DNA of 51,411 bases from an uncultured Gammaproteobacteria bacterium. Its GTDB lineage: Bacteria > Patescibacteriota > Microgenomatia > UBA12405 > JAHJSD01. The position numbers and the translations under genes are program-made. Location: the NCBI GenBank assembly GCA_964498425.1, contig CAZCGQ010000005.1:1-51411 (forward strand), given 5' to 3'. Each line of letters starts with the position of its first letter. Position 1 is the stretch's first letter. The notes beneath the pieces were generated by a model. That model searched no databases and had not been told where the DNA came from. It was given only the letters and a program-made list of their open reading frames with translations. Shown here one piece after another: positions 1-9,950 of the stretch.

Positions 1-47
1 TATCAATCTTAACGGAGAAAAACCAACTGATGAATTAAAAAAAGAGC

Positions 48-1031
48 TTAGTACTTTTTTGACAAAAAACCCAGTATAAACCTAAGGCCATAAACTAGAT
101 GGGTTAAAAATATGGTTGGGATACTAAGGACCGCAATTAGCAGGTTTCTCGAACAAAAAAAAACCTTTATAAATGCATTGATTAATAATAAGAAATAAAC
201 TAATAAAGCACCGTAATAAATATAAAACAGTGGCCAACAAAGAGCAGACACAACTGGACCAAACACAAGTCCTAGAACAAATAAGCTTGGTATCCAATAA
301 CCTAAACGATTTGATGTTTCAGGAAGAACCTTTGCAAACAACCCCCTTTGAAAGCCATACCGAGCAATTTGCTTTAAATGGGGAATAAAAATTTTCCTCC
401 GGTGATGATAAACAATCACCTCAGGATGGTAAATTATTTCTTTTCCAAGTTTAAAAACTAAATCTTTGCTTAATTTTGTGTCCTCTCCTGGCCAGTAATC
501 AGAATCAAATCCTCCGACATTATTAAAGTCATCTTTGCGAATTACGAAATTAAAAGTCGGATAATCGTCAACTGTTCGACATTTCTCTGTTTGACAGCGG
601 TAAGTACCCGCCCCCCCAGCTCCTAACCAGGTAGACCAAACCCATCCAGATACCTTAGCCAATAGCGGATCATTTGGTGGAGTCAATCCCGGTCCACAAA
701 CAGCGGCAGCTTCTTTATTATTATTTAAAACATCTAGACTAACTTCAAGCCAATTTTCTGCCGGGTAGGCATCATCATCAATGAAGGCTAAAATCTCTCC
801 CTTAGAATGTCTAACTCCCAAATCTCGTTTATCAGCTGGTCCGGCTTGAGGTCCAGAATAAACTATTTTTACCCACCCAGGTAAATTAAACCCGGGAGTA
901 ACTTCATCTGGAACAATAATTAACTCAAAAGACTGGTAAGTCTGTTTTTTTAAAGCAGGAATAATCTCTTTCAGAATATAATTATTTATTTTCTTAACCG
1001 GAACAACAACTGAAACTAGTTTACTTTTCAT
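48..1031 (-). CDS. GT2-family (GT-A fold) glycosyltransferase with hydrophobic C-terminal tail
   Basis: 327-aa ORF. VSVVVPVKK...FELIIVPDE and FIDDDAYP (DxD-type) motifs are typical of GT2. The last ~90 aa form 2-3 hydrophobic helices. Confidence 0.8.
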   Translation of the reverse strand: MKSKLVSVVVPVKKINNYILKEIIPALKKQTYQSFELIIVPDEVTPGFNLPGWVKIVYSGPQAGPADKRDLGVRHSKGEILAFIDDDAYPAENWLEVSLDVLNNNKEAAAVCGPGLTPPNDPLLAKVSGWVWSTWLGAGGAGTYRCQTEKCRTVDDYPTFNFVIRKDDFNNVGGFDSDYWPGEDTKLSKDLVFKLGKEIIYHPEVIVYHHRRKIFIPHLKQIARYGFQRGLFAKVLPETSNRLGYWIPSLFVLGLVFGPVVSALCWPLFYIYYGALLVYFLLLINAFIKVFFCSRNLLIAVLSIPTIFLTHLVYGLRFILGFLSKKY

Positions 1032-1764
1032 AATAGTGAAGAATATTCAGTCGATAGTAAACAGCCAAAGTATCTCTGAGCATACTCCAAATTGTTACTG
1101 CTCGAATACTAGAATAAGCAATCTTTCTGGCATCCATCTTTACTGGTCCATCGTGAATTTTTTTATAACCTAACCGCATTGCTACAGTAAGCATCTCGAT
1201 ATCAAACGCATAAGCTTTAACTAAAAGTTTTGGCAATACATCTTCCAAGACTTCTCGTTTAAAAATCTTTATGCCTCGCTGACAATCGGTTACTCTCAAA
1301 CCAAAAAGCAACTTTGTTAATGTATGGTAACCCCAACTTAAAATTTTCCTTTTTAACGGATAACCCCTAACTCTAGAGGCTGAATGCCGAACAGAACCAA
1401 CAATTACATCTGAGTTATACCACTCCATATGAGCAAGAAGCAAATTGATTCCAGCGGGGTGAATTTCCATTCCAGCATCAATGAAGGCAATTAAATCTCC
1501 CTTTGCCTTTTTCATCCCATATCTGACCGCATGTCCCTTACCTTTATTATTTTTATAGCCAAAAGTTTTCAATCGCTTTAACCTGACTTTTTTAGCCTTG
1601 GAGTAGGTTTTATCGGGATCAATTCCGTCAACAACACAAATTAATTCGTAATCTAGTTCCGCTGCTTTCAAAACGCTATTTATTCGCCGTAAATCTTCCA
1701 CAATTGTCCTTTCCTGTTTATAGGCAGGGACAATAACCGAAATTTTTTCATCAGTTAAGCTCAT
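1021..1764 (-). CDS. GT2-family glycosyltransferase, polyprenyl-phosphate sugar synthase-like
   Basis: 247-aa ORF with ISVIVPAYKQE...ELICVVDG...AFIDAGME. VTDCQRGIKIFKRE resembles the DTQCGFKLF loop of DPM1/ALG5/GtrB-type enzymes. Overlaps the downstream gene by 11 nt. Confidence 0.75.
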   Translation of the reverse strand: MSLTDEKISVIVPAYKQERTIVEDLRRINSVLKAAELDYELICVVDGIDPDKTYSKAKKVRLKRLKTFGYKNNKGKGHAVRYGMKKAKGDLIAFIDAGMEIHPAGINLLLAHMEWYNSDVIVGSVRHSASRVRGYPLKRKILSWGYHTLTKLLFGLRVTDCQRGIKIFKREVLEDVLPKLLVKAYAFDIEMLTVAMRLGYKKIHDGPVKMDARKIAYSSIRAVTIWSMLRDTLAVYYRLNILHYYEK

Positions 1765-3022
1765 AGACTAATTTTAGCACCAAAAATCCACTTAAAAACA
1801 CACCCAGGCTGACTACAATTAAAGAGTTGTTGATAACCATCATTAAAGTCTGATGCCGAACAATAATCAAGATGATTTGGCATACAGCAATACCAGCAGT
1901 TAAGAAACCAACCAATCGATTCTTAATCGAAAGCAAAAATCTAACTAGTAGATTAAAAACAGCTGTCAAACCTAAAAAGATCGAAATCCGGCTTAAGTAT
2001 TGCTCTGCTTGGAGATATTTTTCCCCATAAAGTAAATTAACAAAAAACTTTGGGAACAGGTTAAACCCAATAACACCTGCTAGAACAAAAAAAAGGCAGA
2101 AAACTAAACTTAAGCTAAGTACTTTGATTAGCTTTTCTTTGTTCGACTTATACTTTACAAATAATGGAAAAGCAACTGCTAAAACAGTTGACGACCCAAA
2201 AAAAATCATTTTACCCAAATTAGAACTGGCAGAATAAATTCCGACCAAATTACTTTCAAAAAAATGTCGAACAAAAATAATGTCAGTTGTATATAGTGAA
2301 ACTAATGACAAATTTACTATTAAACTTAAGCCCGAAAACTTAAAGAAATCACTTTTGGGAGTGATAACTTTATCTTGAAAATTTATCGGCCAAAGCTTAC
2401 TCACTAAACCAAAGGCTAAAATTAGTCCAGTAACCTTCCAGACCAACCAACTGCTTAACCCGCCAAGAACCCCTAGACCCAGGTAAAGAAACAAACCGGC
2501 AGACAACAGCTTAGCTAATGTAGCAGATATTGAAACTATCGTCCCCTCAATAAACTTCAACTGGCCACGTAAAGCGGAGGCATATACAGCAGGTAAAAAG
2601 GTAAATATGCTTTGAATTGAAAAGATCAGAAATATCAAAAAATCATCTAAATGTAGAAATTTTCTTAAAATTGGATAAAGTAACAATATTAAAAACCAAT
2701 AGGCAATAGATAATTTCAGTCCGTTTTTTTCTAATCCCCTAATTACTCCTGATATATTTTTTTTCTTAGTTCTAGCAATTCTCTCTACAACCGAATTAGA
2801 ATAACCTCCCACTAGTATGGACTGAAAGTAGGTTAATGAAATTAAACTTTGCAAAAGGCCATATTCATTCGGGTCTAAAAGTCTCCCCGTTACTAAGTGA
2901 TAAAGGTAATTTAAAAAATTACCAATCATTGTTCCGACAAGCATCACAGTTGTTCCTTGAAAGAGCTTATTCTTACTAAGCTGAGATATCTTCTTGAAAT
3001 ATTTAGGCAATCCAATACCCAC
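1751..3022 (-). CDS. Wzx/MOP-type polysaccharide (lipid-linked sugar) flippase-like membrane protein
   Basis: 423 aa, almost entirely hydrophobic helices (about 12) with no soluble domain. Sits between GT2 and GT-C genes. Assignment rests on architecture and context. Confidence 0.6.
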   Translation of the reverse strand: MGIGLPKYFKKISQLSKNKLFQGTTVMLVGTMIGNFLNYLYHLVTGRLLDPNEYGLLQSLISLTYFQSILVGGYSNSVVERIARTKKKNISGVIRGLEKNGLKLSIAYWFLILLLYPILRKFLHLDDFLIFLIFSIQSIFTFLPAVYASALRGQLKFIEGTIVSISATLAKLLSAGLFLYLGLGVLGGLSSWLVWKVTGLILAFGLVSKLWPINFQDKVITPKSDFFKFSGLSLIVNLSLVSLYTTDIIFVRHFFESNLVGIYSASSNLGKMIFFGSSTVLAVAFPLFVKYKSNKEKLIKVLSLSLVFCLFFVLAGVIGFNLFPKFFVNLLYGEKYLQAEQYLSRISIFLGLTAVFNLLVRFLLSIKNRLVGFLTAGIAVCQIILIIVRHQTLMMVINNSLIVVSLGVFLSGFLVLKLVYELN

Positions 3023-4241
3023 GAAGGAAGAGTGCTGCAGCTATAAATTGTAAAACTAAGGAAATATAGGGGACATACTTTGGCAATTTTAGTTTTGCCA
3101 AACTAATAAAACAAGGAAAACAAATTAAAACATACCGCGGCATTGACGTGAAAGTTCCAGTTAATGTCGGCACAATAAAGGCAAAGGCTGAAAAAATTAA
3201 CCAAGACGGTGGCAAATTAGCTTTCAACCATGAATAAAGTAAAAGAAAGACGAACAACAAAACAATTAATAATTCCACCCAAACAATTAAATAAGTATAG
3301 CTGGTAACATCAACCGTAAAGATCATTTTTAAATAACGCCAAAAAACCTGATAAATCAAAACTATTCGATCAGTTGTTCTTTGGGTTTGAAATTGGGGTT
3401 GAGCAGTTGAAAAATAAAAGAAATCACCGGTAGTTCTTTTTAAATAAAGTGAGTAAGTGATTAATCCCCAAGCCCCAGTTAAAATTGAACCTATCCCCCT
3501 AATATGTGGCAGGCGAGATTTTATCAAGTAAACAATATATTTAAGGCTAAATCGGTTTTTTATTGCTTCTTTGGCCGCCACAAATCTTGTCTTCATATCC
3601 CGCTTAGCTTGGGAATCATAGTATTCATATAACAGCCCGGGTACCAAAAAAATCCCGACTACTTTGGTATAAGAAGCAGCACCAGCAACTAATCCAGCAA
3701 ATAACCATCTCTTTTTTTGGGCAAAGTAAAAACTAAGAACAACTAAAAACATGAATATTGCTTCAGTATATGCCGCACCGAAGTAAAATGCGGTTGGGAA
3801 AAAAGTAATATAAATTAAACTTTGCCTTCTTATAGAATCATCAAATCCCTTTTCTTTCATTAACTTATTAAAGAAATAGAGAAAAAGAAGTAAACTCACT
3901 GCTGAAATAATTACTCCACTAATCACATACCCGCCAAAAATCTTCTCAAAAAATCCAATTAAATTTGGATATAATGGAAAAAATGCCTGCTGGAAATGCT
4001 GATACCCGTCACGGGCAATCTTGGCATAATAGAAACCATCAAAGTTTGCCCTTGACCATAACAGTGGTTGATTCGAAACCTTGCCTCCTAGACCTTTTCC
4101 TAAAAAAGTTTCCGTTCTTATTGGTAAAAATTCCGACCCAGCCAGCCAACCTCCAACTAAAACAAGTTGGATTAGAATAAACAGCTTAATGATCAACCGA
4201 GTCATATTCAACATTATAAACTTGGCCCTCTGAAGTTGCAA
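3003..4241 (-). CDS. GT-C-like membrane mannosyltransferase (PIG-V/Gpi18-like)
   Basis: 412 aa, multi-pass. The N-terminal loop ANFDGFYYAKIARDGYQ matches the W/F-D-G-x-x-Y-x-x-I-A-x-x-G-Y signature of PIG-V-type mannosyltransferases. Paralogue of ORF 41947..43041. Confidence 0.6.
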   Translation of the reverse strand: MQLQRAKFIMLNMTRLIIKLFILIQLVLVGGWLAGSEFLPIRTETFLGKGLGGKVSNQPLLWSRANFDGFYYAKIARDGYQHFQQAFFPLYPNLIGFFEKIFGGYVISGVIISAVSLLLFLYFFNKLMKEKGFDDSIRRQSLIYITFFPTAFYFGAAYTEAIFMFLVVLSFYFAQKKRWLFAGLVAGAASYTKVVGIFLVPGLLYEYYDSQAKRDMKTRFVAAKEAIKNRFSLKYIVYLIKSRLPHIRGIGSILTGAWGLITYSLYLKRTTGDFFYFSTAQPQFQTQRTTDRIVLIYQVFWRYLKMIFTVDVTSYTYLIVWVELLIVLLFVFLLLYSWLKANLPPSWLIFSAFAFIVPTLTGTFTSMPRYVLICFPCFISLAKLKLPKYVPYISLVLQFIAAALFLRGYWIA

Positions 4242-4248
4242 GAACCGT

Positions 4249-7200
4249 CTATTTAAAAACGCCTACCACTGCGTCAATTAACCGTCCAAAGAAGCTTTTC
4301 TTTTTAACTGGAGCTGTAACGGCTTCAGGCTTTTCAACCATCTTTGTTGCTGTTGGGTGCTTAACCTCTTCCGTAATCTCCTTTTTGGGTACAACCTCTT
4401 CTGTTAGCCCAACTTCACTGGAATCCGACTCAACTGTAACTGTCTGATCAATATAGCTGGGCTGGCCCTGATATCCGAAACCGCCAACCAAAGCATATCT
4501 ACCATGTATATGGTCAACCACTGCCGCCACCTCATGCCTGTCCTTAATTAAAACAGAATTAACCGGCCGCCATCTTTCATAAGTCGTATCATAGTAATTC
4601 AGTCTCAGCGAATTTTCTGGAATCAGTCCCAAAGCAGTTGGGTCGTACCGAACAATCATTGTAATTGGTTGATTAAAGACACTAAACTCTGCCCCGTTCC
4701 ACCAGGACTTCATTTTAATATCATACGGACTGCCGACAATCCACAGTGGTGCAGTCGGTTTCTCAAACCCAGTCTGTAATTTATTAAACTCAAAATCAGC
4801 ATCCCACATTACTGCGCCGGAAGGAATCATTAAGAAAACCCGATTATCATGGCTTTCAACTATTGACCCGGTATCTTTTGGTGCCATTGGCTTAGAAACA
4901 TCACCTGAAGAAGTAGTTCCTTCACTAGCTCCCTCGCTAACTGCATCGCCTCCACCTGAAGTAGTCGGATCGCTCCCGCTCAAGATAGAAAAGGTGGTAA
5001 AGTGGCTTACCGTAAACGAAATTGTATTGTTCTCAGTATCAATTGTCGCTCCTGTAATTCCCCGCCAAGCGGAAGTGGAATCATCCCAGTAAGCATTATC
5101 AAGCAAATCCTCATCAACACTGCCTAATATATCACTCAAGTAATCATCAGTATAGGGAATAGTTATAGTTACCGGAGTATTAAATGTCGAAGTTAGAGTT
5201 GCCCCAGAATCATCTATTGCCGTAATATCATAACCAATTCCAACTGGAATCGCCTTATTTTGGGCCGACAACTGGGCGGTTGGACTAACAGTTACCGTTA
5301 TGTTATTTCCGGAAGCATTACTCGATGGAGCGATTGCTCCCGCCGGAATTGATAATACAAAACCATTTGATAAGCTGATTTGCTTAGCATTTTGATAATC
5401 AAAGGTTGCAGAGACAGATGAAGGAACTGTGAATGATGCCTTAGCCATAGCTAAATCCTGACTCTTATTGGTTGCTCCCCCCATAACTACTTTTTGAAGT
5501 GGACTCCGATAAAAATCTTCCCCAGATTCATACGTTGCCCGAACATACCAAGTAGCATCCTTTGTTACATTAAGGGTATAATCTCCATCGCTGGTAGTTG
5601 TTTCATTATAGCCCCCATTTTCAGAATAAGCGGTAATAAATCCTCCTTTAGCACTTCCATCCAAAGTTACTGTTCCGGTTATTGTTGCGTCGGATTGCCC
5701 AAACTGTAAATTAACTGTCGCTGGGTTATCTGGACCAATTGTTACTTCTCGGCCTTCAGGATTAATGTATCCCATTGAAGGCGGTAAAAAAGCCTGAACC
5801 TTATAAGTTCCTTCTGGCATAGTTATTGAGTAATTTCCGTTATCATCGCTAGTTTCACCCATCATAAACATTGGCCCGCCCATATCAAAATTTGAGGCCT
5901 TTCGGTTATCAGTTGAAATCCAGGCTCCGGAAAGAGCATTACCACTTGGATCGGTGATCTTACCGGAAACAGTAGAGTTGGCTTCCCGAAGAACAATATT
6001 TTTCACTGCCGGGTTATCAGCAGTATGTGCTGAAGTAACCGTAATTTTACTGTCCTTAGATAATGGTTCTGACATATAATTATTATCCCCAGGATTCACA
6101 AAATAGCCAATTTCCCATGTTCCCTCACATACATTCAAAGTTGTTGACCCGCTTGACAAATCATCGTCATACAACATTTTAAAAACATGTGCACCGGTAG
6201 AGCTTTCAGCAAAAAGATCCATCATTGACAAATTCGTTACTGCATTGCCATCTTCATCAACTAAATTTATTTTTATTCTCTTGTTGTTTGGTTTAACCGT
6301 TACTGTTACAGTTTTCGTTTCACCGGAAGTCAAAGTTGCTGACTTCATTCCAGCCGAAGTATACCCGGATGTATCTGGCGGGAAATCAACTCCAACATCA
6401 TAAGTACCCGCCGGCACCTTAATTGTAAACGTACTATTGCTTATCGGAGCACCCATTCCAATTCCCATCATCGGCCCAACACCGGAATCGGCAAAGGCAT
6501 AGCCATAAATCCCCGTAACTCCATTCCCGTCTTCATCAACAAGTGCACCATTAATAGTTGCATCTGCTAATTGCACTTCAAAATTTCTATCCGAATAGGT
6601 TTGTCCATTAGTTGAAGTGGTTACATTTACTTGCTCAGGACTGCCAGTATAAATGTAATTAGCTGCATCGGAGTAACCTCCCATCATTGCCGGATCAAGC
6701 ATAACATTAACCATCCACATCCCAGGCGAAACATACAGCGAATATGCTCCATTGGCATCCGTTTCCGCTTCATTGAAGCCACCTCCACCCGGGCCGCCCA
6801 TTCCCGGCCCAGCAAATTCATCAAACTTCCTTGACATTTTAAACCCTTCTACCCTTACCGCACTTCTACCCTCTCCTGAATCGTATTGGCCGTTATCGTT
6901 TTCATCAGACCAAACACGGCCACTTATAACATCCCTTCTCTTAATCATCGAAATTTCTCCGACATTATAGGGAGAGCTCGTCGAGTTTACCGTCACCGTT
7001 TGAGCCTGGGGCGAACCTAATGACTTATCATTGCTCCAATTTTGAACCATTAAACTGTATGTACCAGCTGGAACACGAACATCAAAGCTTCCAGATTCAT
7101 CCAAATTATCCCAACCTCCGCAACCATCCTTCGATCTAATTTCAACCTGTCCATCTGTAAAAGGATTACCGTCAGAATCAACTATAGTCCCATAAATCCT

Positions 7201-8772
7201 ATAATTAGCTTTCTTGACAGTAAAATTAACCGTCTTTGTTTCCTCAACAGTGTCGGCTTCGGCAAAATTAATAAATTTAGGCATTCCGCAGTAAGTCCAA
7301 AAAGAACTTGTATCTTGGTTTATTTGCTGGCGCGGCATCATAAACCAACTACCTCCACCCATAACAAAAGAGTAGGTCCCGTCAGGTTCGATAGTTGCTC
7401 GCTTGTGACCCATTCCCATATCTTTCATCGCCTCAACCTCACCAGAAGTCACTGGATTACCGTCTTCATCCTTAATCGTTCCTAACACAGTTTTATTCGC
7501 TTCTGGGTAGGTAATATTACCTAAGTCGCACGAACTTGAATCAGAACAGGTGTTTTCACTTGTCTGATTCTCTGGAACAGTTACCTTTCCATCAGCATCG
7601 ATAACAATTCCTTCGATAGAATTCGGAACAGTTATTCCACTGCTGTTACTGTCATCCCAAGGCATTTGAAACTCCAATACATAAGCACCCTGGGTTAAAC
7701 CTCCGATATAAAAATCACCACTCGCGTTTGAAATACTTGTTTTTGTCCGACCAGGATCACTGGCAAAATCCATGGGGTGGGCCATAATTTCAGCCCCTGT
7801 AACGATAGCATCGCCGCCAATTGCACCATCAAGAAGATGTCCGGATAACTGTATTGCTGACAAATTTATCGGATCATTAAAATATTTACTAGCTTCATCC
7901 GGCAAAACCACAACTAAGGGGACACTTTCTGCATAGGTACTCCGATCATCCTCATCAGGCATAGCCTCAACATAGAAAGTACCCGTCGGACAGGTATTTA
8001 CATCGGTGTATTGATTAAAATTATTGGGATAAAAACCAGCCACACCATTGTAATCTGTCGCCATATAGGCATTATTTCTCCAATCGGAAGTACGTACATA
8101 TGTTTGAGCAGATTTTACGGCATTCTCGTCATCAGGGTCCATTACTTTAACTTTAACGCAGGGATCACCCAAAAACTCGTAAGAATTATATTCTCCTTGG
8201 GTTATATCTATTGAAAAGTATTCATTAACACTATCATTCGCGTAGAGGTTAAAACCGTAAACCCCTCTCATGTCAGGGCTAGTTACTCCACTGATTTTTA
8301 TCTCAACTTCCTCGCCAGCAGTAATTGTGTCTGTAATATCAGATATTCGATAACTTAACAACCCAGTTACTGGAGACAAAAGCTTTGTAAAATCCCCCTT
8401 AGTAATGTCTACATCATCTCCGGTTGCTTCTGTTCCTTGAGTAAGCTTAAAATGGTCGAGGTTTCCCAACGCTTCATCTAAGTCGTAATAACCGTTTCCA
8501 TTGGTGACTAAAGTAAACTGCATATATGTCCCTACGCCTCCAGAAAAATCAGCTCCCTGAAATTTTAGCTTCAAGGTGTAAGTTGCGTCCGTTTCCCCTA
8601 AACCAGCTTCGTTATTTGGAGTAATATCAAAAGAAGTAATCTCTGCATATGTTTCCTCAGCTCCGTACGAAGATTGTGTAAAAAAGCTTACAGCACTAGC
8701 ACCAAAGGCTATAACACCTATTAATAAGAAAAACCAGTAGTTTTTCCGTAATTTAAATGATTTAAAATGCAT
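4249..8772 (-). CDS. Giant secreted cell-surface repeat protein (carboxypeptidase-regulatory-like / SdrD-B-like beta-sandwich modules)
   Basis: 1507 aa with an N-terminal signal/anchor (KNYWFFLLIGVIAFGASAVSF). At least 7 modules of the type GTIVDSDGNPFTDGQVEI...AGTYSL, GKITDPSGNALSGAWIS...EGTYKV and GRVWSDENDNGQYDSGEG. Two C-terminal modules end in HFTTFSIL and GRYALVG. A Ser/Thr/Gly-rich linker lies near the C-terminus. Confidence 0.85.
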   Translation of the reverse strand: MHFKSFKLRKNYWFFLLIGVIAFGASAVSFFTQSSYGAEETYAEITSFDITPNNEAGLGETDATYTLKLKFQGADFSGGVGTYMQFTLVTNGNGYYDLDEALGNLDHFKLTQGTEATGDDVDITKGDFTKLLSPVTGLLSYRISDITDTITAGEEVEIKISGVTSPDMRGVYGFNLYANDSVNEYFSIDITQGEYNSYEFLGDPCVKVKVMDPDDENAVKSAQTYVRTSDWRNNAYMATDYNGVAGFYPNNFNQYTDVNTCPTGTFYVEAMPDEDDRSTYAESVPLVVVLPDEASKYFNDPINLSAIQLSGHLLDGAIGGDAIVTGAEIMAHPMDFASDPGRTKTSISNASGDFYIGGLTQGAYVLEFQMPWDDSNSSGITVPNSIEGIVIDADGKVTVPENQTSENTCSDSSSCDLGNITYPEANKTVLGTIKDEDGNPVTSGEVEAMKDMGMGHKRATIEPDGTYSFVMGGGSWFMMPRQQINQDTSSFWTYCGMPKFINFAEADTVEETKTVNFTVKKANYRIYGTIVDSDGNPFTDGQVEIRSKDGCGGWDNLDESGSFDVRVPAGTYSLMVQNWSNDKSLGSPQAQTVTVNSTSSPYNVGEISMIKRRDVISGRVWSDENDNGQYDSGEGRSAVRVEGFKMSRKFDEFAGPGMGGPGGGGFNEAETDANGAYSLYVSPGMWMVNVMLDPAMMGGYSDAANYIYTGSPEQVNVTTSTNGQTYSDRNFEVQLADATINGALVDEDGNGVTGIYGYAFADSGVGPMMGIGMGAPISNSTFTIKVPAGTYDVGVDFPPDTSGYTSAGMKSATLTSGETKTVTVTVKPNNKRIKINLVDEDGNAVTNLSMMDLFAESSTGAHVFKMLYDDDLSSGSTTLNVCEGTWEIGYFVNPGDNNYMSEPLSKDSKITVTSAHTADNPAVKNIVLREANSTVSGKITDPSGNALSGAWISTDNRKASNFDMGGPMFMMGETSDDNGNYSITMPEGTYKVQAFLPPSMGYINPEGREVTIGPDNPATVNLQFGQSDATITGTVTLDGSAKGGFITAYSENGGYNETTTSDGDYTLNVTKDATWYVRATYESGEDFYRSPLQKVVMGGATNKSQDLAMAKASFTVPSSVSATFDYQNAKQISLSNGFVLSIPAGAIAPSSNASGNNITVTVSPTAQLSAQNKAIPVGIGYDITAIDDSGATLTSTFNTPVTITIPYTDDYLSDILGSVDEDLLDNAYWDDSTSAWRGITGATIDTENNTISFTVSHFTTFSILSGSDPTTSGGGDAVSEGASEGTTSSGDVSKPMAPKDTGSIVESHDNRVFLMIPSGAVMWDADFEFNKLQTGFEKPTAPLWIVGSPYDIKMKSWWNGAEFSVFNQPITMIVRYDPTALGLIPENSLRLNYYDTTYERWRPVNSVLIKDRHEVAAVVDHIHGRYALVGGFGYQGQPSYIDQTVTVESDSSEVGLTEEVVPKKEITEEVKHPTATKMVEKPEAVTAPVKKKSFFGRLIDAVVGVFK

Positions 8773-8800
8773 TAATTTTGACTAATTGCCTAACTAGTCC

Positions 8801-8830
8801 ATTACACCACTATATGTATATTACTGTCAA
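8801..8830 (-). promoter_or_regulatory. Candidate sigma70-type promoter for the giant surface-protein gene
   Basis: Minus-sense TTGACA (8830-8825), an 18-nt spacer, then TGTAAT (8806-8801), about 30 nt upstream of the ATG at 8772. The -35 box overlaps the stop codon of the GT4 gene. Confidence 0.3.
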
Positions 8831-9915
8831 GAAGCAATTTCCGAAGCCATCCTATAAACATTAATCGTTTCTTCTGCGGTTTTTTTCCAACTAAAACTCT
8901 TTGCCCGCTCCAAGCCCTTTTTAATAAGTTCTTCTCGCCTGGCTTGATCAGTCTTAACTGTTTCAATTGCTTCTGCTAGCTCCTTAACCCTGGTACCAGT
9001 CACTAAACCCGCTTCGCCAACCACTTCTGGTAAACTTCCCTGATTGGAAGAAACCACCGGACAGCCGCAAGCCATTGCTTCCAACACCGGCAGACCAAAC
9101 CCTTCATCAATTGACGGCTGACAATAAACAGTCGCTAGGTTATAAATCTTAACCAAATCCTCGGTAGGCACAAATCCTACTGGAATGACTAATGGCTGAT
9201 GATTAATGTTTAATGTTTTAATTTTTTCTTGAAGCCAAACTAAATCTTTATTCTCAACGTGGTTCTTGTCAAAATCCTTGCTCACTGCTTGTTTGCCAAC
9301 AAGAACCAAGGGCAAATTCACCTGCTTACAAGCCTTAACTAAATTGGGAATATTCTTATTGCGATTAACATCACCAACATATAAAGCAAAACTATCGGGC
9401 AAACCGTACTTTTGCTTAATTTTATGGGCCAGAGGCCCATCAGCCTTTGGCTGAAACTCCTCCCCCGCCGCTAAATAAACCACAAAGGTCTTGTCCAAGG
9501 GATAGCCAGTTAAATCATTAATATCATACTTTGAGGCAAAAGAATCGGTTATAACCAAATCCGCCCGTTTCAAGAGCATTTTTTGGATCTGCCATCGAAC
9601 TTTTGCCTTTATTCCCGGTGGGTATAAGTCGGGGTATTTAACTGGAATTAAATCATGAATCGTTACTACTAACGGCTTCTTTATCTGCCAGGGCCAAGGC
9701 ATGGTCAAAAAATATGGGGAAAAATATGGGATATGAAGCACATCGTAATCCCGTTCTTTAATTTCCTTCTCGCTTTGCAGTTCTTTTATTTGGAACTCTT
9801 GCTCATTGGATTTTTGAACATTTTGTAACGAGGCTAACAATCGCTTAACGTAAAAGCCAATTCCTCTAACCTTGTGTCCAGAATGAAGTGGACTGACATC
9901 AATACCAACAATCAT
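8827..9915 (-). CDS. GT4-family (GT-B fold) glycosyltransferase
   Basis: 362 aa. C-terminal EGFGLPVLEAMACGCPVVSSNQGSLPEVVG is the classical GT4 E-x7-E region. Confidence 0.85.
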   Translation of the reverse strand: MIVGIDVSPLHSGHKVRGIGFYVKRLLASLQNVQKSNEQEFQIKELQSEKEIKERDYDVLHIPYFSPYFLTMPWPWQIKKPLVVTIHDLIPVKYPDLYPPGIKAKVRWQIQKMLLKRADLVITDSFASKYDINDLTGYPLDKTFVVYLAAGEEFQPKADGPLAHKIKQKYGLPDSFALYVGDVNRNKNIPNLVKACKQVNLPLVLVGKQAVSKDFDKNHVENKDLVWLQEKIKTLNINHQPLVIPVGFVPTEDLVKIYNLATVYCQPSIDEGFGLPVLEAMACGCPVVSSNQGSLPEVVGEAGLVTGTRVKELAEAIETVKTDQARREELIKKGLERAKSFSWKKTAEETINVYRMASEIAS

Positions 9916-9950
9916 TAGATCATTTTACCATTACCTTTTTGAAGAAAGGC

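Noticed and set aside
3965-4180. Short (60-86 aa) plus-strand ORFs scattered through the island. Examples: 3965..4180, 5494..5709, 6631..6970, 8011..8214, 9266..9454, 10052..10240, 13140..13322, 13984..14178, 14675..14914, 18215..18439, 21452..21904, 31118..31342, 35802..36062, 37493..37693, 38313..38552, 38904..39219, 39697..39981, 40422..40613, 41653..41859, 43254..44146.
   Set aside because: All are antisense to long, well-supported minus-strand genes and look like frame noise in AT-rich DNA.
4249-4330. Sortase (LPXTG) or S-layer-homology anchor at the C-terminus of the giant protein.
   Set aside because: The C-terminus (…VTAPVKKKSFFGRLIDAVVGVFK) has no LPXTG-like motif followed by a TM helix plus a basic tail, and no SLH repeats. 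The anchoring mode is left open.
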